Of a DNA stretch of 64,000 bases, positions 50,837-61,416 are shown in pieces. The notes beneath the pieces are model-generated. The model saw nothing but the letters and a program-made list of their open reading frames with translations, did no database searches and was not told the origin of the DNA. The DNA is from Antedon mediterranea. Lineage: Eukaryota; Animalia; Echinodermata. Each line of letters opens with the position of its first letter. Position 1 is the stretch's first letter. The stretch is from assembly GCF_964355755.1 (NCBI RefSeq), contig NC_092670.1:37374388-37438387 (forward strand), given 5' to 3'. The translations under genes were made by a program, and so were the position numbers.

Positions 50837-53800
50837 ATGGAAACATTTTCTCCGTCTAAACTTTTTCAACTTCAGAACTTATCACAAATTCAGAGTTCGG
50901 ATTTAGGCCTAGGAATGGATGATGATCTTGTTGATGTTGTCGGCTACACACCAACTCCAGGCCTGAAAGGCAGTCAGGTTTACGGGACGCGTCCTCAGCT
51001 CGGCAGACCACCGGTAAGTAAAATTTGCAGTGTACGCCCTTTTTAATGAAATGGGATAGGTCTAGCCTCCAGTTCCAAACAAATGAAATAGGTGGGAATG
51101 AAAGATTCAATATTTAGGCCTAATGCTGATTTGGCAATTTTTAGCCTTCATTAGAATAGAAAGAATAGAAGTTGGGTTAATTTTATTTCCAAAAAGAATA
51201 CAAATTCAGAAACTTAATATTTTTCTAGATTTTATTATTTTCTTTCTAGGCCTATGTTATGGGGGCTTAGGGCCTAGACTTATTCTATCCTAATAATATC
51301 TGTTGTTTTTTAAATTTGTAGGCAAAAAGAAAATTAGAATTAGACTCAACAAGTTTAGAGACAACAAGTCCAAATTTCCAACAAGGATTTAAAACGCCAA
51401 GTCCTAAAATGGCAAGGAAAAAAGCAGCGGTTACTCCAAAAGGATCAGCTTCCAAAGGTACTGTATAATTTATTAATTAACTTCAATATTTTCAAGGAAA
51501 GAAACATTTTCTATTCATACTAATCTTACATTTATTTAATATACTAATATTTAAAAAACAAAAAAGTTCAAAGTGAATACCAATTTTATTTTTCATTTTG
51601 TTAGTAAAATCACCTGTGGAGAAAACTAGATACGACACTTCTCTGGGCCTACTCACCAAACGTTTTGTGTCACTTCTACGAGGAGCTCCAGAGGGAGTAT
51701 TAGACCTGAATAATGCAGCCGAGATATTAAATGTGCAGAAGAGGCGTATTTATGACATAACAAATGTTCTGGAGGGAATTAAACTGATTCAGAAGAAATT
51801 TAAAAATAATATCCAGTGGAAGTAAGTGGATTCAGTCAACAGTATTGTATTGTGTTTTAAATTAAGCTACTTTTTTTGTTATATTATAATTGGTTGAATT
51901 ACTTTTTCCACTCACAGTTTGTTTGTTTGTTTTTTGTTTGTTTTTATTGATTTCCACACATAATTATTAATATAATTAAGTTACAATAAACATCATATAT
52001 ATATAAGAGAGATGTGTGGCAAATAGAGAACTTTAAAGCTTACCTACCAGAAAAGATACATAAGCATAATCTATAAGGACGAGTAAGAAAATAAATTTAA
52101 AAAAATATTTATAGTCACTATTATTGTTTTGTTCGTCCTCTTTTTTCTAGGGGAGCTTGCAGTTCTGTTGCCGTGCGGAAAGATGGAACAGAAGGTGTGC
52201 CTATTAGTGCGGAGTCTGTCAACCTACATACAGGTAGGTAACTGTGTAGCCTAAAAGATTGAATATAAGCAGACACATCCGTGAATATCTCGATCATCTT
52301 GTCAATGCTTGTAATGTCAAAGGTTGCCACTCTTTTCAACAAGGTTCAAGAATACAGAGATAACCCCTACAAATATTCATTGGATTCCTCATGTGCACAC
52401 AAGCCAGATGTGTACACTGGACCTCCAGTTTAAGAAATGCCAATACAATAATAATAATAAGATTTACGAAGCGCACATATCCACAAAGTGCTCAAGACGT
52501 TTGTGAAAATCATGAAAAATACAAACCTTGAAACTAAAAACAACAAAAAAATTGCGAAAAAACAGAATAAAAGCCTACCAATCAAACCCACATCACTGCT
52601 TCCATTTATCATCAATCTAAGGTTCACAAACACGCACAGTTCTCATTATTATGGCTTTGCAGGATTTAATGTTGGCAGCAATCAACCACTCAACTCAACC
52701 CTTTGTAAATGCACAGAATAACTATGTTACAAAAGCTATTATAACGTTTACAGTTCAAAGTAAGACCTAATGGTCGAGCTTTTTTATTTATTTTGTTTGA
52801 ATTATAAATTTGCTTTTTTATGATCAGATATTTCAGATTTAGAAGTACGTGAAAAAAGGCTAGATGAATTAATCCGAAATGCAACTTTGCAACTCAAAAT
52901 GTTAACAGAAGATAGAGAAAACCAAAGATATCCTTTTGTTAAAATAAAAACATACAAATGTTCGTGGAAACCACATTATATGTTCCCAATTATGTAAGCT
53001 GTTTTACTTTGTGCATAACACAGTGGGCAAAGGCCCTTGTAAGGAGCCCTCCAACGCTGCATAGTTGCATTATCTACTCCAAAAACACATTCAATCTTAC
53101 CGCAAGGGTTTTTTTGCACAAGCGTCACTTATTTGGAACCAGCTTCCACTCCATATCCGTTAATGTAAATCTCTGAAGCAATTCAAGTCACTTCTAAAAT
53201 CTCACCTTTTTCAATAATTCTTGTTGGTCTTGTGAGACATCAGTAAATAGCGCTTTATAAAGGAATGCTCATGCTCTGGGACCTTTGGGTTAACCTGTGA
53301 CCCTTGGGTTAACCTGTGACCCTTGGGTTAACCTGTGAGCGCTCATAGCCATAAGCTACTGATTTCAGCTAACTTCATTTATAATGCATAAAACAATAAT
53401 ATATTAAATTCCTTGACTTCTGCATTCACGTTTGCATATGTAACATATCACGATATTCGTAATATACAAAGTTTCAACGATCAGACCGTGATAGCAATCA
53501 AGGCACCACCAGAGACTAGGCTTGAAGTTCCAGACCCAAAAGAGGTAGGCTTTTTATTTATTTATCCAGAAGTTTCTATCTCATGTGTAACAATAACAGT
53601 GATCATAGGAACAGTTTGTGATTGTTGTGTATGGTATTCACTGATGTACTTTTTTCTGTAGGGTGTGCAAATATGGTTGAAGAGTACCAAAGGTCAGATC
53701 GAGGTTTTTCTGTGCCCAGAAGAAAGTCAGGAGGCAAACATACCATTGTCAGACTATAGTAATACATCCTCAAATAGTAGTCTAGGTAAGTTGCCTTTTT

Positions 53801-54152
53801 TTTTTATTTATCGTGATTCAACCTGGATTTGAACCCAGAATATTCAGTTATGAAGTGGTGCTATAGGTGTGTGCCAGAACATTGGTGGAAAAACCATCAA
53901 GTAGAACTGGATATTAGATATGAAACGTAATTACTTTCTTTTGAAACAGGAACAGAACATTTCAAATCAGGAGGCATCGACGATGATGAACTAGATTCTC
54001 TCCAAAAGAGCCTACTCCTTCAGACTGATGACCAGAACTCTGGTGACATGGATGATTTTGTCCCTCTCTCACCACCTATGGTTGAAGATTACCTCTTTAC
54101 ACTTGGCGAGGATGAAGGAATCACCGACCTCTTTGATGCCTACGGACTATGA
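50837..54152 (+). CDS. E2F3: Activator-class E2F transcription factor (E2F1/2/3 pro-ortholog), ~384 aa
   Basis: Exons 50837-51013, 51322-51457, 51605-51821, 52151-52233, 52828-52927, 53430-53544, 53662-53785, 53950-54152. Cyclin motif [37 protein letters not shown], marked box, Rb-binding [17 protein letters not shown]. Confidence 0.95.
52928..53429 (+). other. U12-type (minor spliceosome) AT-AC intron
   Basis: 5' ATATCCTTTT, branch TTCCTTGAC 53409-53417, 3' CAC; removal joins ENQR-FAYVTY in frame. Confidence 0.93.
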
Positions 54153-54219
54153 CAAGGGTAATTGTGTGTTCTCTTCACTTGTTGAAGTTGCATACATCCT
54201 GTGCCTAAAGCCTTGACAT

Positions 54220-54525
54220 TTTGCATCATACTCAGATCGGACAATGGATAAATCATAATGTTAATGACTATGTCTTTTTAATTTCGCATCATAATCACAT
54301 TGGTCATATTAAATGACCATTGATAAATCATAATGTTTAATGACTATTTTTATTTTAATTTTGCATCATAATCACATTGGTCATATTAAATGACCATTGA
54401 TAAATCATAATGTTTAATGACTATGTCTTTTTAATTTTGCATAATACTCAGATCGGTCATATTAAATGACCATTGATAAATCATAATGTTTAATAACCAC
54501 TATGTTTTTTTAAATTTTGCAAATT
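54220..54525. repeat. ~76-bp tandem repeat (4 copies) in E2F 3' UTR
   Basis: GATAAATCATAATG at 54247, 54322, 54399, 54475. Confidence 0.85.
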
Positions 54526-55599
54526 AAGTGGCACATAATTTAAATAATTTTGGAATTATTGTTTTTGGAATGATCATGAAATAATACAATGGCAGCCTAA
54601 TTAAAAAGTGTAAATGAGGCATTTGTACATTTTAGCAGCTTTGTTTTTAATATAATTTATAATCATTATCTTAAAAGTATATTTTACAATGTAAAATTTT
54701 ATATTTGTTTATGGGCCTGTTCAGTTACTTACCTGGGAAAGTTGGTTAGAAGAACTCTGCCAACTAACCAAGGTAAATATTCTAAGATGGCACCCCTATG
54801 GACATTAGTAGGTAAAGTTTATTTTTAAAATTACAGTAGGCATAATTCATGTGAACAAAATATGATTTTTAGCAAAAATTAAAATATTGATAGGAAAACT
54901 GAATTAAGGACATGTTAAGCTACTATAAGGAGTGAGTTTGTGTTTATTTTTCAAATAGGGTGATAGAATTACAATTAACATTTTTTCTAATAACTCGTAA
55001 TATTTCTGTGTCAAAACGCTAATACTGTAAAATTACAATGGTTTTAAATTAAAGAATTCATGTTGAAATGACTTCATCTGATTTGAAAGATTACCACAAA
55101 ACCTGAATTGGCAGCCACAAATGAGAAAAGGCATTATCGATGGTTCGTTCTAGTTTTGGAAGATACGTGTAGACGCATATTTATAACATACCACATGTAA
55201 TTAAGAAGCCTAGCTGTCGCAAACGTACAGGTTTGCCACTGGTTTAATCGACATGAGTGTAATACCATTCTAGTGAGCTCTGGAGATCAAAGGGTTTATC
55301 TGTGGCTGCGACACAATCAGTTCCAAGCCCCTTAACAGAAACCTCGCGCCGCGGAGTATACGTACATACCGTAATATTCATATTTGTCGCAGCCAGAACA
55401 CAAGATCAACAGAATGTTAAAAGTTGTCAAGGCGAGCTCAGTGTCCTGTTTAAATTGCCAAGCTTTATTGAAGACGCATGTAATTACTTGTAATATCAAG
55501 AAGCCAGCTGTTACAAACGTACAGGTTCACCACTTTTATAGTCAACATGAGCACAATACTACTCCAGTTCGCTACATTTCACAATGAATTTTATAATTG

Positions 55600-55780
55600 A
55601 AGTTTGCGGTACACCACGTATATTAGTTCTGAAAAGAACTGTTGAGTTTCTCGACGTTTCAATCAATATGCTTTGATCGTCCTCAGGAGCGAGAACATTC
55701 TCATCAAAGAATTTTGATTGAAACGTCTAGAAACTCAACAGTTCTTTTCAGAACTAATATATGTGGTATACCGCAAACTT
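55600..55780. mobile_element. Inverted pair of Penelope-like terminal repeats (~78-bp arms)
   Basis: AAGTTTGCGGTACACCAC...CTTTGAT mirrored by ATCAAAG...GTGGTATACCGCAAACTT. Confidence 0.7.
55650..55689 (-). ncRNA. Minimal type I hammerhead ribozyme
   Basis: Minus strand: CUC-CUGAGGA-C-GAUCAA-agcaua-UUGAUU-GAAA-CGUC-GAG. Confidence 0.7.
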
Positions 55781-55982
55781 TATATCAACATTTGATTTCG
55801 CTATGCAAATCTTCAAACAATATATAATTTTATAATTATTATTATTGTTTTTTTGCCGTTTTTACTTGGCACGTGCCTACGATGTGTACTGTTGGCCAAT
55901 TTACCCCTGCAACCTTATTACAACTTTTTCAGCACAGATTTCTCATTCATAAAATTAAATTATAAAATCGTGCACGGACGTA

Positions 55983-58599
55983 TTAATCGCTCGGTTTTCC
56001 TCTTTCTATTAGCTTATCTAATGTCAAGGCGTCTCGTGGTCTCATCTTCAATTCTTTTGTCATTCTATCCAAGTCGTAAGTTTTAAGTTTAACCCCATCA
56101 ATGTTTTCCTCTTTAAATATAGTGTAGTAAGTGTGAATGTCCAGTAATTGTAGCGACTTGCAAACGTCAGCGACTGTGAAATCCTCTAGTCTATCCGGAA
56201 GACTACTCCACTTGTTCGGTTTTGGGACTGTTTGTTTTGGGACTGTTTGTTGTTCGTTGCTGTTTCGATCTAGGCGTTGCCCCGGATATTGCCCTGTAGG
56301 ACTAGATGGACTGTACGGTGGCGGTGGTCCATATGGTCCTTCAGATATCTCTTGACTTATTCCATATCTTGGTTGAGCCTGTGGGACATTTAAACCTACT
56401 GGATGGTTTCCATGAATGTCTGTGTGATGTCTTAGCTGAACCTGGTTCCTATCTATTCCCCTGTAATCTCGAGGGCTTACTACAGGTTGGCTTGGACTGC
56501 GTTGTCTTTGGTTGGTCTGAGACATGTCTCCATAGTTGAGATTACTTAAGTGGCTGCTGTGAATTTCTCTTTGATGCTGAGTCTGACTGTATGAAGGCAA
56601 CGTTGACGCATGTTCTGGTGCACTCAATCTTCTCCCTGGATGGGTTCGTTCTTGAACTCGAAGTGGTCTTGATCGTTCACTATAATGCCTTGGCTTTTTA
56701 TACAGTGGTTTTATTATAACATCTGTGGATAAGAAAGTTGGGTAAACAGCATAAGGTCAAAATGAAATATGATACACAGTAGGGATAGAAATCCGATAAC
56801 AATGATCATATTAGGATGGTCTAATCATGGACCTTCAATGATTATAAAGTTACCTTTTATTCCACGATACATGTTGAAGTTGACCTTTTCCGTTATTGAG
56901 TTGATATCTTGCATTATATTGGCCCATTCTGATTTATTACCATTCAGTAAACCTTCGGCGATTCTAATTTCAGTATCAGTGTCTACTGGTAATATTACAA
57001 CATCTGTTTCAATAGATTCTAAACAAAAATACGAAAAGTCTTTTTATTATTATTCAGAAGTATATGAAGAATGGGTAAATTTTAAGCGCAGATGTGACAT
57101 AGGTTTAAAGCTCTGTCTACACTATCAAGCTAGTTTGACAAAAACAGTGTGATGTGCCCAGTGATATGACATCATCATGTCCATATATGGGCACATTTCT
57201 TGTTTGATAATGTGTAGGACAGCCTTAAATGCAAGAATCGAAATAGATTTTAATCTATGCCTTGGTTTGGTAAGCAAGCACGTGTGATTTTCTATTTCTA
57301 TCCCGGGTCATTTAGACAATTTTCACCTGTGTTTTTATATGTCATAAATGAATGCACTTACCAGAACTTACTCGACTACATAGTAGGTAATCCTTCTTTA
57401 CAACTTCTTTTAAACTAAATGGTCCTTCGATGATAGGTTTTACACCGGGGTCATCGAGTACTGGAGGCATTCTAACAAACTCTACCGTTAATGGGAGTTT
57501 TACTTTCTTTCCGTCTTCAAACAAGTCCGTAAGATAAGTAGGAGCAGAATCTTTGAAAAGTAAGTTAAGTCTTCAAGTTAGTACATCATGCTTCAATTTC
57601 AACAGGGTGAGGCCTAACTGGACCCTACGTCTATAAATAATGTTGTTGTTGGAAATAAAATTTAGGCGTGGTTCCCACTGGAGACAAAACGTAGACGTAA
57701 CGCAACACAAGCGTGTTGACCAGAGATAAGCGAAAGTTCGAATAATCCAAAACTTGTGATTGGTCAACTTGCTTACGTTGCGTTTACGTCCTTACGTTTA
57801 CGTTGCGTTCTAGTGGGAACCAAACTTTAGTGGAATAAGATCACTGGTGGTGATGGCGGCGGCGATGATGATGATGCTGAAATTATGACGATTCTGGTGA
57901 TGACGTTAGCGGAAAGAAATGGAATAAATATCATCAACTTTTCAATGTATTTTCGTTGAATGCTTTACCTGATACTCCTTTCTTTGGGATAACTTTTACT
58001 TTTTTGCCATAGTGAATCGGCATGCTATATTCCCGATGGTTTGTATATGCTACGACCCTCCGTTCCTGTATTGTTGATTGCAAACGGAAAACCTACAAAT
58101 ATAAAATATGTTATTTTTTCATACTTAAGCCCTGTCTACATTATCAAACTAGTTTGACAAAAAGTATGGTAGGGATATGCCCAAATATGGTAGTGATATG
58201 ACATCATCATATCCATATATGGGCACATAATTAGATACGGTACTCTGCAGAGGTATAACTCATGATAGACTTTCCCTTAGTTTCGCAGATTGATTCTTTA
58301 AGCTATGTCTACACTATCAAAGTGACAAAACAAATATGATGTGCTTATATATGGAGATGATGATGTCATATCACTACCATATTTAAGCATACCGTATCAC
58401 TACCATATATGTACACACAGTCACACCCTTTTTGGCGTTTTATATGCTGAATATTTACCTCATCTTTCGAGATTTCCATGTTACTATTCTCCGTAGAACA
58501 TCCATGTACTACTCTTATGATAAGTGGCAGTTTGCATTCTTTAAGCATCTTTTTCAGTGAATAATGCTTTTTCGACCATTTCACTCTCCGAAAATCCAT
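55983..58599 (-). CDS. CABIT + SAM domain adaptor, GAREM-like, ~452 aa
   Basis: Exons 58599-58459, 58092-57969, 57550-57362, 57018-56854, 56722-55983, in phase. VKWS..LPLIIRVVHG and SMPIHY (CABIT), PPPPY, C-terminal SAM (FTVADVCKSLQLL...ENIDG). Confidence 0.8.
57109..57224. mobile_element. MITE family B
   Basis: TIR and internal motifs. Confidence 0.75.
57665..57826. mobile_element. MITE family A
   Basis: TTA|GGCGTGGTTCCCACT...AGTGGGAACCAAACT|TTA. Confidence 0.8.
58128..58410. mobile_element. Two truncated MITE family B copies
   Basis: Left TIRs at ~58128 and ~58300. Confidence 0.7.
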
Positions 58600-58727
58600 G
58601 ACTCCTTTCTACAATCTATAAAATGAAAATACAAATGATTGGAGTTTATTATTAGCCAACGGGTGGAGAGAGGGCCATAAACCATAAAAGAAAACACTAC
58701 ACTATCACATTGAACGAATCTTTCTTA

Positions 58728-58866
58728 AGCTCTGTCTACACTATCAAACTAGTTATGGTAGTGATGCTCACATATGATATGGTGATTAACACCATTATGT
58801 CAACACATGGGAACATCACATTATTTGTCACATAAAGTTTGATAGTGACAAACATTGCATAATAGC
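58728..58866. mobile_element. MITE family B
   Basis: Left TIR intact, right degenerate. Confidence 0.7.
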
Positions 58867-61416
58867 TTAATTCTCTTACCTTCAAATAAAACTTTTTTAA
58901 CATATACTCATAACCATTTTCCTAGAGTGTTTACTTACTAACAGTACATTTAACAGGTTTTCTAGATTCAGGATAGTATAATGTGTAAGGTTAACAATAC
59001 GTATTCTTCTTCATAATACAATATCAAGCGGTCGGCCATGACTCACACATAATTGATACTGAGAACATTTTCAAAACTCGACATTGTATTGACACAACAG
59101 TTATACAGACAAACAACAAACATGGCTGTGTCAATTCGTAGTTTACCCGTGTTTTACAATACTTGGTAATGCTGGTGTTCTTTAATGTACATTAACTCAT
59201 TAAAAAATGAAATCATTAAAAGATTTTATATGAGCCTAACTTCTAGCAACGAGGAAAGGCCTAAGTGTGCCTTATACTTGCGGCACAGGTAAAGCATTCA
59301 CTAAACATTATAATAACCTAAATCACCACGTGTAATCTAATTTATATACATAAAAATTACAGTAAAACTGGGCCTAATCAACATACCTGTCAATGGACAA
59401 TCGTAGACTTTATTGGGTCTGTCTTTGGATGTTAGCCTCGTTTCGACACCGTCTGTGCTTCAGTGCGTACTATTTTTGATATGAATTAAATTCAATGTGA
59501 ACAACTATATAAGTATTTGTGATGCAAATTCAAAGTTCACACACCATTGGATAAGGATTTACGTTGCTTTGTCATACAGTGCTTACGATGGTTTATTTCT
59601 ACACAACAATCTAGAATTGTTCAATGGATTGTTTCGGCTTAATTCTCCTTTAATTATTGTGGCATTTGGGTTGTTTTTTTTGTGGGTTAACGCAAAGGTA
59701 ATTTGGTGTTCCCACTTTTTCCACCACTGCTATTGAATGAACGTTATGCATTTATTTGCACCCGATTCCCAGTGCAGTATAACTCCACATACTATCTATT
59801 TCCGTATATGAATATTTGGTAATATACAGCATCTCATTTATACCACATGTGGTGCCTGTATCACGAAAGTTTAAGGGTTATGTACGTTACTGAGTTATAG
59901 ATATAGGCCTACACGTGAAACACGGGTGATGTTGTATAATTTACCAAATATTCCGTTACTTAACAAATAAAATAGATATATTAGGCCCGGCATTAGGCCC
60001 TACCGAGAATCGGCTGAGTGATTTTTTACTCGTCCCTGTGTTATAATGAATTATATTTTGCAATATTTGACATCTATGTCACATCTCGTTGGGGAAAATG
60101 TTACAACTATTGTTTGTTTGTTTGTTTGTTTGTTTGTTTCTATTCATTGCTTACTATTTCAAAAATGTATAACAGTAAAAAAATGACCATAGGCCTATAG
60201 AATATAAACAATGATTACAAAATATGAGAACAAGAGGATGACCCATATAAGCTCAGATAAAGTCTTGTCTCAAATGGACCCAAATTATCTTCACAACACC
60301 AGTCTATCTTCTCGTTTCGTCTCTGGTCTTGTTAATTCATATAATGTTTACGTTATATAATTGCCAAATTCAGAATGTGCTCAAGTTTGTAAATTGTTGC
60401 AAAGTGTATGTTTTAAGTTTGTTTATTTCCTCACTGTTATTAGACAAGATAATAATAGCAATTACCCCAATATTTACGTTTACACCATGACCCCTGTACC
60501 CATCAGTATTGAAAGTGGGCGTACTTGTATTTGTGGAATCAGATAATGATCTGTTGATTACAGTATTAAATTGCCGTATTCTTCAGATTCATATCATACA
60601 CAAAACTTAACGATTCTTTCGTAAAAACTAGACCTTAAAGCAGAAGCAGTGTGCATCAAGAATGAATTAGAGGATGGCAAACATAGGCCTACTTATACAT
60701 TGACTGGACTCAAATTTGCATACGGTATGCACTATCTTTTTTAAGAAGAATTTCTATCATTATTTTGTATGTTAATGGGCAAATAAAGCTTTTCAGTATT
60801 CAGTATTTGTCAGATTTTTAGGATATCGTCAATCAATCAATAATACATTTTATTCATCCTTTATTTTCCCGGTGTTTTTATAAAATAATATTTAATTAAT
60901 AACAAAGAAAATATGAATTATATAATTAAACACGTTTTTCCATGTGCCGTAGTAGGGCATGAATTTGCCATGGGCAGGGATCAAATACAACCGCAACGTC
61001 ACGTTTTTAGAACCAGGGGGTATCTAAGTAGAACTTGTATAGCTTATAATAACAGTATATTCGGTCTACTTACCCCAATTTCTTAATTATAATAATAAAA
61101 AACATAACACATTATTGTTACAACCAGGTGTTTCATAACATACAACTTACCTATACTTACTGATTAAACTAATTAACACTAATTAACACAATATTGTGTC
61201 TCAGGTGTTTAACATCGAATTTTTACTTTTCGGTCTGTTAATTACCAGTTATATTAGAGGCTTATTTTTGAAAATATAACTTGCCAAGAACTCTTGCGAA
61301 GCATTCTTGTGGAACGCTTTCTGGAAAAACACTATTGAGGTGAACAAGTGTTACCGTGATTAATTAAAGTTGTATTATTATTCTGGCAGTAGGACATTTC
61401 AATTGAAGTAAGAAAG

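Noticed and set aside
53815-53870. tRNA gene (B-box-like fragments here and near 21120, 31645)
   Set aside because: No cloverleaf can be built; at most decayed SINE heads.
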